IMG/VR virus record: IMGVR_UViG_3300010373_000011
Span: 1 to 60,522 of that record
Source: a virus
Lineage: Duplodnaviria > Caudoviricetes
Direction: 5' to 3' (one strand)
DNA: 60,522 bases
Positions 8,549 to 16,998 of the stretch are shown piece after piece. The translations under genes and the position numbers were made by a program. How positions within the stretch are numbered: position 1 is the stretch's first letter; each line of letters opens with the position of its first letter. The notes under the pieces are model-generated. The model was not told where the DNA came from. It did no database searches and saw only the letters and a program-made list of their open reading frames with translations.

Positions 8549-9023
8549 GTACCGAGGCTTGACCATCCAACGGCTTCGGAGCGCTGATGCGAAGCCCTTT
8601 GACGATTGCTAATCCATCTAGGTTCTGTAACGTCGGCTCAAGCGTATGAAACACATCCGCTTTGTATATCAATGCTGTCGCCATGAACTGAGCATCTGGC
8701 GTCTTGATTTTGCGAACCGGCCTTGCAGTCAGTCCGTTGCTCCGAATCTCCTCCACGATCAATGAAATTCGAAGCGTTATGTCGGCCGGGATCACGTTGG
8801 AACGTGAGACGAATGCGTTAAACTTGTCCATCTGATCTTGCGTGTGTTTGGCCCGAAGAATCTCGGAGTAAGCGGTGACTGGAAGCAACAGGGTGGCCTC
8901 TTTACGGTCAATGGCCGATGCAACCAAATCAATGTCGGCGAGCGGCGCAGTCTTATCCTCATCCATCCACGCAATCAGGACGGTCGAATCCCAGCAGTAG
9001 ACGACGTTCCGCTTCTTACTCAT
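8517..9023 (-). CDS. PIN-domain (VapC-like) nuclease (IS passenger)
   Basis: YCWDSTVLI, SEI and KTPDAQFMATAL...FHT PIN motifs. Confidence 0.8.
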   Translation of the reverse strand: MSKKRNVVYCWDSTVLIAWMDEDKTAPLADIDLVASAIDRKEATLLLPVTAYSEILRAKHTQDQMDKFNAFVSRSNVIPADITLRISLIVEEIRSNGLTARPVRKIKTPDAQFMATALIYKADVFHTLEPTLQNLDGLAIVKGLRISAPKPLDGQASVLNSNESEQPS

Positions 9024-9789
9024 CGCGGAGTCCTCTTACGAACTCCGCTGCGGACTTCCCGCCAGTGGCCCCCGGCATAGCTCCGAACAGGGAACGAAGT
9101 GTCGGCAGTTGGTCGTCAGGGGGATGTATTTCAATCTCCTCCACCTGAACCCGGCTTGGGTAGCAACTGTCATCAGGAAAGCTGAGCAAACCAGTAACTG
9201 TCACGTTCTGGCGAATGGCCTGTTGCACTTGGGGGAACAACTCTTCCTCGAAGGCGCAAGCTACGGCCACTCCACCTATCGGCGTGAACAGGGTGAACTC
9301 GTGGCGTTCGTGGAGGTTCAGCTTCTCCACGCGACCCTTAATCGTTCCCCTGGATCGGGAGGATTCGACTAGGAGCCGGTCGATGTTTGCGACAAACTGC
9401 GTTGTTACCCGAACTCCAGCGATCATGAGTTTGTTCTTGTGCATGACCGGCCGGGCCAAATCTCGGAACGCTTCCAAGTCTTCCCGCTTGAATCTCGGAT
9501 CAACTGTCTCGCCGCGCTCCAACCCCTTCACCGTTTGCTTGAAAGTGTCGTAAACGCGCTTGCCGCTGTCCGGCTCCCGTCGCGGAGACACTGCGGTTAG
9601 CTCGATGGTGGTACTTGCGAACTTTAAGTCGCTCACCTTGTGCTTGATCCGTGTACCTTGCTCGGTGCGAAGCTCCACCAGCTTCAAGCACTTGGCTACG
9701 TCATCCATCAGGGTGCGAAAATCCCCGAAGAAAACGTCGCCGTCGTTATCTTCTGTGCCTTCCAACGTGAATCGCAGGGACGCTGCCAT
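9016..9789 (-). CDS. PIN-partner protein (putative antitoxin, possible C-terminal OB-like domain)
   Basis: Overlaps the PIN start; ends LFGAMPGATGGKSAAEFVRGLRDE, typical of PIN partners. Confidence 0.65.
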   Translation of the reverse strand: MAASLRFTLEGTEDNDGDVFFGDFRTLMDDVAKCLKLVELRTEQGTRIKHKVSDLKFASTTIELTAVSPRREPDSGKRVYDTFKQTVKGLERGETVDPRFKREDLEAFRDLARPVMHKNKLMIAGVRVTTQFVANIDRLLVESSRSRGTIKGRVEKLNLHERHEFTLFTPIGGVAVACAFEEELFPQVQQAIRQNVTVTGLLSFPDDSCYPSRVQVEEIEIHPPDDQLPTLRSLFGAMPGATGGKSAAEFVRGLRDE

Positions 9790-9907
9790 GAGTTTGATTC
9801 TACCACGCGATTGAATCGTTTGGAGCAGCGTAGCGAGAACGCCGCCACGAATCCAGAAAGATTCAACCGACCTTGCCGAAATGCTTACCACTACGCATAA
9901 TGTCATT

Positions 9908-10768
9908 ATGAACAAGTTAGCCCAATCCGACCGCGTTGCAATCCTTCGCTGCCTTTGCGAAGGCAACTCCATCCGATCCACGTCCCGGATCAACGGCGTT
10001 GCTATCAACTCCGTGGTCAGGATGCTGGTCGAAGCCGGCGACGCTTGCGCCCGCTTCCATCACGACACGATGCGTAACCTTAACTGCCTTAAGTTGCAGC
10101 TCGATGAAGTCTGGTCGTTTGTCGGAGCGAAGGAAAAGAACGTACCGACGATGAAGAACCCGCGCGAAGGATGCGGTTCAATCTGGACGTGGATCGCCAT
10201 CGACGCTGCCACGAAGCTGATTCCGTCTTGGCTTGTCGGCCTTCGCGATGGCGAGTATGCGAAGGCGTTCGTTTGCGACCTGGCTGGGCGGCTCTCCCGC
10301 CGTGTTCAAATCACGACAGACGGACTCAAGGCTTACGTTGAGGCGATGGAAGCCGGGTTCGGGGGCGAAGTGGATTATGCGATTCTGCACAAGGTGTACG
10401 GCGCAACGCCGGTGGACGATTCCCGCTATTCACCTGCCGATTGCGTGGGATGCCAGAAACAAGCGGTTTCAGGATCGCCGAATCCAGCGTCCGTCTCCAC
10501 CAGTTTCATCGAACGACAGAACTTGACGCTTCGGATGCGGAACCGCCGATTCACGCGGCTCACCAACGCATTCAGCAAGAAGCTGGAGAACCACGAGCAC
10601 GCAGTAGCGCTTTACTTCTTCGCTTACAACTTCCTCTTCAAGCACCAAACCTTGCGAATGCCGCCGGCGCTCAAAGCCGGGGTTACTGACCACTGGTGGA
10701 GCTACGAAGAACTGATTGACTTGATCGACCGGCGACTCGCGGAAAAAAAGAAAGAGGATTCAAAATGA
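9908..10768 (+). CDS. IS1-family DDE transposase with N-terminal HTH
   Basis: EGNSIRSTSRI HTH; QLDEVWSFVG, ITTDG, STSFIERQNLTLR...FTRLTNAFSKK; stop lies inside the right TIR. Confidence 0.9.
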   Translation: MNKLAQSDRVAILRCLCEGNSIRSTSRINGVAINSVVRMLVEAGDACARFHHDTMRNLNCLKLQLDEVWSFVGAKEKNVPTMKNPREGCGSIWTWIAIDAATKLIPSWLVGLRDGEYAKAFVCDLAGRLSRRVQITTDGLKAYVEAMEAGFGGEVDYAILHKVYGATPVDDSRYSPADCVGCQKQAVSGSPNPASVSTSFIERQNLTLRMRNRRFTRLTNAFSKKLENHEHAVALYFFAYNFLFKHQTLRMPPALKAGVTDHWWSYEELIDLIDRRLAEKKKEDSK

Positions 10769-10772
10769 TACA

Positions 10773-10994
10773 CTACCAGTTTTCGTGCGAAAGTTTTTTT
10801 CCGGAATTCTCGTTTTCCGCGCCAGAAACCAGCCCCAGAATCGCCTGTCGGGTCAATTCCGCCGCCGAAAGCCCCAGCTTCCTCGCCGCCGCACTGACCC
10901 TGCGGAATTCGGAGTCCGTCAGATAGAGCTTGCGCTCTCGCACGCCTTCGGGTCGGGTTCGCGGCCGGCCAACGCCTCGATTTTTCGCTGCCAT
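10773..10994 (-). CDS. Ribbon-helix-helix-like regulator (last codons altered by IS insertion)
   Basis: GRPR...RKLYLTDSEFRRVSAAARKLGLSAAELTRQAI; removing the IS restores the ending SHENSTK*. Confidence 0.7.
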   Translation of the reverse strand: MAAKNRGVGRPRTRPEGVRERKLYLTDSEFRRVSAAARKLGLSAAELTRQAILGLVSGAENENSGKKLSHENW

Positions 10995-11200
10995 GTTTCC
11001 TCCGTGGAAATCTACTCCCTATAATAGCGAGTGGTCAATGTCGGTGGGAAGAAAAATCCAGCCACCGCGCGGAGCAGCGAGCCGGATCAAGTCGGCCGAG
11101 TGACACCGCGTTGACACTCAGGGGAGGGAATTCCGATGGCGTGGCAGCCGATTTGCCGGGCGATTGCTCGGGGAGCACTTGAGAAGAGGGAGGCCAACAC

Positions 11201-11524
11201 ATGATCGACGAAGAGCCGGACGCCGAAGAGCCGCAGGAGGCATCCTTCGGGCTCGCTTGCCCGTTCCTCAACAGCGATCCTGTCTTTGCGCAGGGCGTGG
11301 CATTCGGAACGCTGTGGTCGCGGATGCGCGATCCGGAGTGCGACGAAATCACTGAGTACATCCTGAGCGAGATCGAGGAGCAGGTCCGCGTTGCAGCCTC
11401 GCGGACGGGTTGGAACGTGATCGAGTTGAAGCCCTGGGAGCACGAGGGCAAAGAAACGGGATGGGTATTTTGCCGGATGGTCCGGCGCGAGAAATACGAG
11501 GCATGGAAGGAGGCGGTTGCATGA
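11201..11524 (+). CDS. Hypothetical protein
   Basis: GGAGG RBS; protein-like ORF. Confidence 0.65.
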   Translation: MIDEEPDAEEPQEASFGLACPFLNSDPVFAQGVAFGTLWSRMRDPECDEITEYILSEIEEQVRVAASRTGWNVIELKPWEHEGKETGWVFCRMVRREKYEAWKEAVA

Positions 11525-11631
11525 CCGCCCGAACAGCGGGCCGGGGTCTGCTACGTGGGCCGTGCGTTCGCTGGATGGCCTGCGAATGAGTGGAGGAATC
11601 CGTATCGGGCCAACATGAAGCCGGCCAAGGC

Positions 11632-12537
11632 ATGACCACCTACGACGCCCTACACCGTGCGATCCTGTCCTGCCCCCAGGACGACGCCCCACGATTGATG
11701 CTCGCGGATTGGCTGGCGGAGAATGGGCAGGAGGAGCGGGCTGAATTCGTGCGGGTGCAAATCGAACTCGCTCGCTGGCCCGATACGGTCGGGCACCATG
11801 AGCAAAGGACCGGGACATGGCAGTATCTCCGAGCCCGCGAACGGCAACTACTTTCGCTTAATGTCGCGCACAAGTGGTTTGTAATTGCGGGCGTGGCGAC
11901 TTACGCGAACGAAGTCGGAGGACCGTTCAACGGGTGGCTGCGAAAGGAGAGCGGGCAGCCAGGATATGAATTACCCGTCTCCGTTCGTCGCGGCTTCATC
12001 ACCGAACTAACCTGCTCGTGGGCCTCGTGGCTGGAGCACGCCGAGGCGGTGTATTGGTGGCCGGGGGCGACGGAGGTGGAGTGCCCTGATTGTCACGGTA
12101 TCGGGTTTATCTGCCAATCCAGAGGGCCGCAATTGCCATGCGATAGCTGTATGGTGGAGGGCCGTCAGCGCGCCATCGAAGGGGGCACCGGCCGCATCCC
12201 CCGCCCCGTCCCGCCGGGTGCGCAGCCGATCGAGCGGGTGACGTTCTCGGCAGGCTTCGATGACGTTCGGCTGCACCCGCGGAACCACACCGTCTCGCTG
12301 AGCGGCATAAAACTCACCCGCCACGCGGACGACGCCGCCACCGGCCTCAACTCGTGGCGGTGCGACCGCTGGCCGTGGGTGGAGTTTGTGTTGCCGGAGG
12401 CGGCACAGAACACCGATCAAACCGACGCCCTTGCTTACGCTCAGTTTGCTCAGCGGATGGCTGCCGAAGTCGCAAGACGGCACGGGTTGCCACCGCGACT
12501 CATCGAAACGGCGGCCGCGCCGCACGAAGGGTGGTGA
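11632..12537 (+). CDS. TIGR02996-domain protein with DnaJ-like Zn motif
   Basis: ALHRAILSCPQDDAPRLMLADWLAENGQEERAEFVRVQIELA; RRGF; CPDCHGIG. Confidence 0.85.
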   Translation: MTTYDALHRAILSCPQDDAPRLMLADWLAENGQEERAEFVRVQIELARWPDTVGHHEQRTGTWQYLRARERQLLSLNVAHKWFVIAGVATYANEVGGPFNGWLRKESGQPGYELPVSVRRGFITELTCSWASWLEHAEAVYWWPGATEVECPDCHGIGFICQSRGPQLPCDSCMVEGRQRAIEGGTGRIPRPVPPGAQPIERVTFSAGFDDVRLHPRNHTVSLSGIKLTRHADDAATGLNSWRCDRWPWVEFVLPEAAQNTDQTDALAYAQFAQRMAAEVARRHGLPPRLIETAAAPHEGW

Positions 12538-12591
12538 CGCCTAACTACCGCCTAACGGCCGCCGGCCAGCGCCCGCCCACGCCCGGCAATC

Positions 12592-12807
12592 TGTAGCCAT
12601 TCTGTAGCCTGTAAATCGCCATGATTCGCCGAGCGAGAACGGAAGAGGCCTAAACTGAGACGAACCAGAATGAACGAGAACGTTTGTTTTGGGTCCTAAG
12701 TCCAGTGCGTCTGCCAATTCCGCCACCCTCGCTTTGTGCGTTTTCTCCGAAGAATAACAACGTTTTCCCGAATTCCGGCAACACGCCTTTGTAGCCGCAA
12801 TGTTGCC
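12592..12807. other. attP region: core equals 5' half of tRNA-Leu(TAG) on the minus strand (12694-12732), with arm-type repeats
   Basis: Minus strand GCGAGGGTGGCGGAATTGGCAGACGCACTGGACTTAGGA, then divergence; TGTAGCC at 12592, 12603 and 12790 and TGTTGCC at 12801; adjacent to int 3' end. Confidence 0.85.
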
Positions 12808-13928
12808 TATCCGCCCGTGATCACTTTCGCCAGCACGTCCACGGCCCCCCGCTGCATTCCCGGCTGAACGTGACTGTAGGTATCCATCGTTATCGCGATC
12901 GAGCCGTGCCCCAGCCGTTCGCTCACGATCTTCGGATTCACGTTCGCCGCGAGCAAGAGCGTGGCGCACGTGTGCCGGAGCGCATAGCAGGTGACTGCCG
13001 GCAGCTTCGCGCGAGCGAGGATCGGCCGGAGATGCCCCCGCGTGATGTCGTTCGGGAGGATCGGCTCGCCGTCCAGGTTCACGAATGCGGACGATGCCGG
13101 GCGAACCGGCCAACCCTCGGCGAGCATCCGCTGGCGATGCCGGTTCAGCGCGCCCAGAGTCCCGGCGGTCAGGTCGATGGTTCGCTTCGAGTGCAGCGTC
13201 TTTGGTTCCTTAACGCGGCCGGAGTTCTCCAGCGACTTCGTTATCGACACGCGGCCGGCGGCGAAATCGATGTCCCGCCAGGCGAGCGCCAGGGCTTCAC
13301 CGGGCCGCATTCCGGAATCAAGGATCAGCACGAACAGGGCCCCGAGGCGTTCTTCGGCGCAGGCCCGGACGAATGCCGCCGCATTCTCCGCAGAGAGAAC
13401 GACGATGGTCGGCTTCTTCGCCTTCGGGCGCCGGACGCCGCGGGCCGGATTCGCCGGAATGAGTTGCGAGCGAGCCGCGTGATTCAGAGCGATGGAAAGC
13501 GTGATGCCGATTTTCCTCACGCTGGCCGGACGAACCCCGTCCTTGAGCAGCTTCGCGTACAGGGCTTCCACATCGGCCGGCCGAAGTCTCTGGATCTTCA
13601 CGCCGCCGATGCGGGGCACGATATGCTTGTTGACGTGAATGCGGTACGGCTGGTGCGTCGCCGGCTCGATGGACGGCTCGACGAGTTCGAGCCAGCGGGC
13701 GAGCCACGCTTCCAGCGTGATGCTCGCGGCGTCGGGAAGTTGGCCGGCGTCGAGGCTCATCTGCAGTTCGCGCAGTTTCGCCGAGGCTTCCGCTTTCGAC
13801 TTACCGTAGGCCACGCGGCGAATCCTCTTCCCGCCATGCACGCCGAGCGAGATGGAGCCGACCCAGAGGCCATCGGGCCGCTGGTAGATGGACCCTTCGG
13901 AACGGCCGCGGCGGGAACGTGCTGGCAT
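12807..13928 (-). CDS. int: Tyrosine integrase
   Basis: RRGRSEGSIYQRPDG arm-binding N-terminus; SGMRPGE, YALRHT, LGH...TMDTYSH catalytic motifs. Confidence 0.95.
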   Translation of the reverse strand: MPARSRRGRSEGSIYQRPDGLWVGSISLGVHGGKRIRRVAYGKSKAEASAKLRELQMSLDAGQLPDAASITLEAWLARWLELVEPSIEPATHQPYRIHVNKHIVPRIGGVKIQRLRPADVEALYAKLLKDGVRPASVRKIGITLSIALNHAARSQLIPANPARGVRRPKAKKPTIVVLSAENAAAFVRACAEERLGALFVLILDSGMRPGEALALAWRDIDFAAGRVSITKSLENSGRVKEPKTLHSKRTIDLTAGTLGALNRHRQRMLAEGWPVRPASSAFVNLDGEPILPNDITRGHLRPILARAKLPAVTCYALRHTCATLLLAANVNPKIVSERLGHGSIAITMDTYSHVQPGMQRGAVDVLAKVITGG

Positions 13929-14268
13929 TGGAAACCTCGGCAGAATGCTTGCTCTAACGCTCTTCGCCTTTACGCCAGCGGCGCGGCGTCCTACGCTTTT
14001 CCCAGCTCAACACTCGCACCATCACTCGCAGCTCGCGGCTCGCGGCTCGCGGCTCGCTACCAACCGGCACTTACCCGGCGTCGTGCGTCTAACAACGCGC
14101 GACTTTCTACGGGGCTTGCTGAGCTGGTGCGGGACCGCCGGGAAAATCGACGCTACTCCGATTGCCGTGAGCGCCGGCGCGGGTAGTGTTATTACGTACA
14201 CCATGCCAACCCGCCGAGGGATAGGCGGCTCACCTTGCCGAAGGACGGCTCGCTCAAGGGGGAAGAAC

Positions 14269-14481
14269 ATGTCGCGCGATGAACTGATGGATGCACTTCG
14301 GGAGTATGTGGACCGCGAGCATCCGGGGTGGGACGGAGCCAGCGTCACGGTCAGTAGGGGCGATGGCCGCGAGCCCGAACGCCTCGTTATCAGCCCTGCC
14401 CGCTCGCCTTCCGATGCTTCACTTCCTGCTGAATCTCCCCACTTACGAGAGCATATTGCAGCTCGATGTACTCACGAATAG
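14269..14481 (+). CDS. Small hypothetical protein
   Basis: AGGGGG RBS; MSRDELMDALREYVDREHPGW; 3' end overlaps the opposite-strand regulator. Confidence 0.45.
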   Translation: MSRDELMDALREYVDREHPGWDGASVTVSRGDGREPERLVISPARSPSDASLPAESPHLREHIAARCTHE

Positions 14482-14629
14482 CCGGTGAAATAAGCTCCCA
14501 TTGCGAAATGCCCCGATGCCCGCAGATCACTTGAATCTTGCGGGCCAAGTCTTTCTCGACTTGAACGGCTGTAGACTTCCTCGCGTCGGCTTCCTTTCCA
14601 GATTCATTCGAAGTTTTTTTTCTGGCCAT
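14390..14629 (-). CDS. Putative immunity repressor (RHH-like)
   Basis: TAVQVEKDLARKIQVICGHRGISQWELI; same direction as int, divergent from the lytic operon. Confidence 0.55.
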   Translation of the reverse strand: MARKKTSNESGKEADARKSTAVQVEKDLARKIQVICGHRGISQWELISPAIREYIELQYALVSGEIQQEVKHRKASGQG

Positions 14630-14669
14630 CAGAAGCATCCCCATCTTCGCACCTCAAAACGAGTTGCAT

Positions 14670-14752
14670 AACGCGAACTTATTACTAGTTCGCGTTTCCT
14701 TCCACAAAATTACAAGAATGCAGTTGACTCGTTCCGGTTTACTTCTTAGAGT
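14670..14752. promoter_or_regulatory. Switch region: palindromic operator and rightward promoter
   Basis: AACGCGAACT-N7-AGTTCGCGTT (14670-14696); TTGACT-N17-TAGAGT (14724-14752). Confidence 0.65.
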
Positions 14753-14804
14753 CTACTGCACAACGCTAAACGCTGAGCGTTAAACAGGAACAAGGAAGGA
14801 AGTC

Positions 14805-15008
14805 ATGGCGGATTCACGCGAAGCGGAAAGCCCGCCGCGAGTCACTTGCTGGATCGAGAAGACGATGGTTCGGATGGCGAAAGAGATTGCGGCCCGTGAA
14901 GGCATAACGCTGTCCGAAGTGATCGAACGAGATTTACGCGCGGCGCTGAGTCGCCGGCATTCACGAATTTTCGCTGTTGCGGCGGCCGAACTCGGCGGCG
15001 AGGGCTGA
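14805..15008 (+). CDS. Cro-position RHH-like regulator
   Basis: VTCWIEKTMVRMAKEIAAREGITLSEVIERDL. Confidence 0.65.
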   Translation: MADSREAESPPRVTCWIEKTMVRMAKEIAAREGITLSEVIERDLRAALSRRHSRIFAVAAAELGGEG

Positions 15009-15011
15009 CCA

Positions 15012-15293
15012 ATGGCCGCGACCGCCATCGACCTGCCGGGGCCGCCGGACCTTTCCGAACTCTCGGAATCCGAGTTGTTCGAGGAACTCAAGCGGCTCGG
15101 CAAGGCGGGATGGCGTTCGCCACGGGGGGCATCGGAATGGCTGGGAATACCGCGATCCGAGGTGTACGGCCTGCTGACCAGCGGGGCGATCTGGAGCTAC
15201 AAGCGGGGCAAGCGGCGAATGGTCCCTGTGGTGGAGTTGCGGCGGTACGCGACGAATCAGGCGATGCTCCGCCTGCGAAGAAGGGCGCGGTGA
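15012..15293 (+). CDS. Excisionase-like HTH protein
   Basis: SPRGASEWLGIPRSEVYGLLTSGAIWSYKRGKRRMVPV. Confidence 0.75.
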   Translation: MAATAIDLPGPPDLSELSESELFEELKRLGKAGWRSPRGASEWLGIPRSEVYGLLTSGAIWSYKRGKRRMVPVVELRRYATNQAMLRLRRRAR

Positions 15294-15428
15294 AGGCGTT
15301 GCGGCTGCGGCTCAAGCGGATGTGAAATTCGCGGTCGGTGTCCTACGGGTAGGTCCCGGAAAAACATCGGAACGCTAGGCGAAGATTGCCGAGCCGACTG
15401 CGTGAAACTGGAATCCACGGAGGAAGTC

Positions 15429-16163
15429 ATGGCGACGGCGACCAAACTGAAACGACGAAAACTCGACCTGACGGCATTGACGCTCCACCAGGGCGCTCAC
15501 AACGACGGCAGCAAGCAAATGTGTGTGATGGAGGCTGTAGCTTTCGTGGCGGGCGAGCCATGGAGCGATCGCCCGGTTTGTGCGTCGCCGGTTATCTCGG
15601 CATTCCTGCGCCGGTGGAATGACGACCTGAGCCATACGGACCGGCAGATGCTCAAGCCGTTCATCCCGGGGCTGGTCGGCACCAACACAGGCAAAGAAGA
15701 CGACGAACTCCGCGCGTGGATGGCGACGGATTGGATGATTCGCGAATACCTTCCGGCGTGGTTACGGGCGGCGAACCTCAACACACAGGCGGATGCGGTC
15801 GCGTCGCTGCCGCCAATACTATCAACGGATTCATGGGCCTCAGCGTCGGCGGTCGTTGGCAAAGCAAAATCTGATGCGCTCGCGGCGTTCCACGCGGCGA
15901 GGGACGCCGCGAGGGACGCCGCGTGGGACGCCGCGTGGAACGCCGCGAGGGACGCCGCGAGGGACGCCGCGTGGGACGCCGCGTGGGACGCCGCGTGGGA
16001 CGCCGCGTGGAACGCCGCGAGGGACGCCGCGTGGGACGCCGCGTGGGGCGCGGCGTGGGGCGCGGCGTCCCTCGCGGCGGCGAAAAAATTCAAGGCAACC
16101 GTGGAAGGAATCCAGCAATCGGCGTTGCGATTGGTCGAACGGATGATCGCCGTCGGCAAGTGA
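15429..16163 (+). CDS. Phage protein with DAAW/DAAR tetrapeptide repeats
   Basis: GGAGG RBS; MCVMEAVAFVAGEPWSDRPVCASPVI N-terminal domain. Confidence 0.8.
   Translation: MATATKLKRRKLDLTALTLHQGAHNDGSKQMCVMEAVAFVAGEPWSDRPVCASPVISAFLRRWNDDLSHTDRQMLKPFIPGLVGTNTGKEDDELRAWMATDWMIREYLPAWLRAANLNTQADAVASLPPILSTDSWASASAVVGKAKSDALAAFHAARDAARDAAWDAAWNAARDAARDAAWDAAWDAAWDAAWNAARDAAWDAAWGAAWGAASLAAAKKFKATVEGIQQSALRLVERMIAVGK
15901..16044 (+). repeat. 12-bp coding tandem repeat (12 units of GGGACGCCGCGW-like)
   Basis: Read directly; degenerate units flank it. Confidence 0.9.
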
Positions 16164-16181
16164 ATCGAACACCTTCGCCCA

Positions 16182-16364
16182 TTGGAGAACATCGTGATTC
16201 CCGAGTTGCAAGCCTTCTTGTACGGCGCGGCGTGCGTCGCGGGCTTTTTCGGCCTGGTCAGGGGGCTGGACTTCCTCGACCGATTTGGTCGGCAGTGGCT
16301 TCGGGAGCGCGAATGGAATCAGCACCGGGAGCGGGTGGCGATGGAATCGACGCGGGAAGTGTGA
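16182..16364 (+). CDS. Small membrane protein
   Basis: One hydrophobic segment; real start is probably the GTG a few codons in. Confidence 0.5.
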   Translation: MENIVIPELQAFLYGAACVAGFFGLVRGLDFLDRFGRQWLREREWNQHRERVAMESTREV

Positions 16365-16394
16365 CCCGCGCGACCACGAACTGAGGGGAATCCT

Positions 16395-16583
16395 ATGAGC
16401 TTCGAGAACCACGACGAGCCCGACTTCGACCTGGAGATATTCGAGGACGCCTTGCGCGTGCTCGATGCCATCACGGGCAAGTATCGGATCGAAGAGCGAG
16501 ACCTCACCGAAGCGCAGCGCGTGCAGCAGAACTTGCGGGCGCATTTGCACCGGGCGAAGGAACGGGCTCGTGTACCAGCATGA
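16395..16583 (+). CDS. Small hypothetical protein
   Basis: GAGGGG RBS. Confidence 0.6.
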   Translation: MSFENHDEPDFDLEIFEDALRVLDAITGKYRIEERDLTEAQRVQQNLRAHLHRAKERARVPA

Positions 16584-16593
16584 AAGATTAGCT

Positions 16594-16668
16594 CGCGGTG
16601 TAGGGAAGCCAGGTTATCCCGCCCGGACCGGATTCCGGGAGACGGCGGTTCGAATCCGCCCACCGCTG
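16594..16668 (+). tRNA. tRNA-like element with 8-nt (or 6-nt) anticodon loop
   Basis: CGCGGTG/CACCGCT acceptor (C1:T72 mismatch); GGGA-AGCCAGGTTA-TCCC; CCCGG-ACCGGATT-CCGGG; GGCGG-TTCGAAT-CCGCC. Confidence 0.75.
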
Positions 16669-16818
16669 TTTGCCGGGTCGAGTCGATGCTGTGCTGAATG
16701 GGCGACAGCCGGCGGAGGCCGGCCCGGCAACTTACACGCGGCGAGTGGCCGTTTGTGGGTCCGGAAATTGTTGATGAAGCAAGTTGACCGGAAGTTCACC
16801 ACCATCACGGAGGATGCC

Positions 16819-16998
16819 ATGCTCTGCCTCACTCGAAAGCCCGGCGAGAAGATCGTCATCACCGGCCCGGCGACCATCACGGTTCTCAGCGTCGGGACCG
16901 GGCGAACGAAGCTCGGCATCGAAGCGGCCCCGGAAGTCACGGTGGACCGCGAGGAGGTGGCGAAGCGGAAGGAAGAGGAACGGAGGGATGCGGCATGA
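16819..16998 (+). CDS. csrA: Carbon storage regulator CsrA/RsmA homolog
   Basis: MLCLTRKPGEKIVI...ITVLSV...TKLGIEAAPEVTVDREEV; GGAGG RBS. Confidence 0.9.
   Translation: MLCLTRKPGEKIVITGPATITVLSVGTGRTKLGIEAAPEVTVDREEVAKRKEEERRDAA

Larger units (their letters stand above)
8233..10777. mobile_element. IS1-family element with passenger genes (2545 bp)
   Basis: Perfect 19-bp TIR GGTAGTGTATCATTTTGAA at both ends; 8-bp TSD AGTTTTCG at 8225-8232 and 10778-10785; DDE transposase inside. Confidence 0.92.

Noticed and set aside
12694-12732. Functional phage tRNA-Leu gene
   Set aside because: Only the 5' half is present, with no T arm or acceptor 3' strand; interpreted as attP core
14030-14057. GCTCGCG heptamer tandem upstream of int as a phase-variation switch
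   Set aside because: Only about four units, and I could not place it within a confident ORF or promoter spacer
15901-16044. CRISPR array
   Set aside because: Contiguous 12-bp coding repeats with no spacers and no cas genes
16594-16668. 8-nt-loop tRNA acting as the +1 suppressor for the tail chaperone shift
   Set aside because: No matching CCGG/UCCG quadruplet in the G frame of the overlap, and the loop lacks U33
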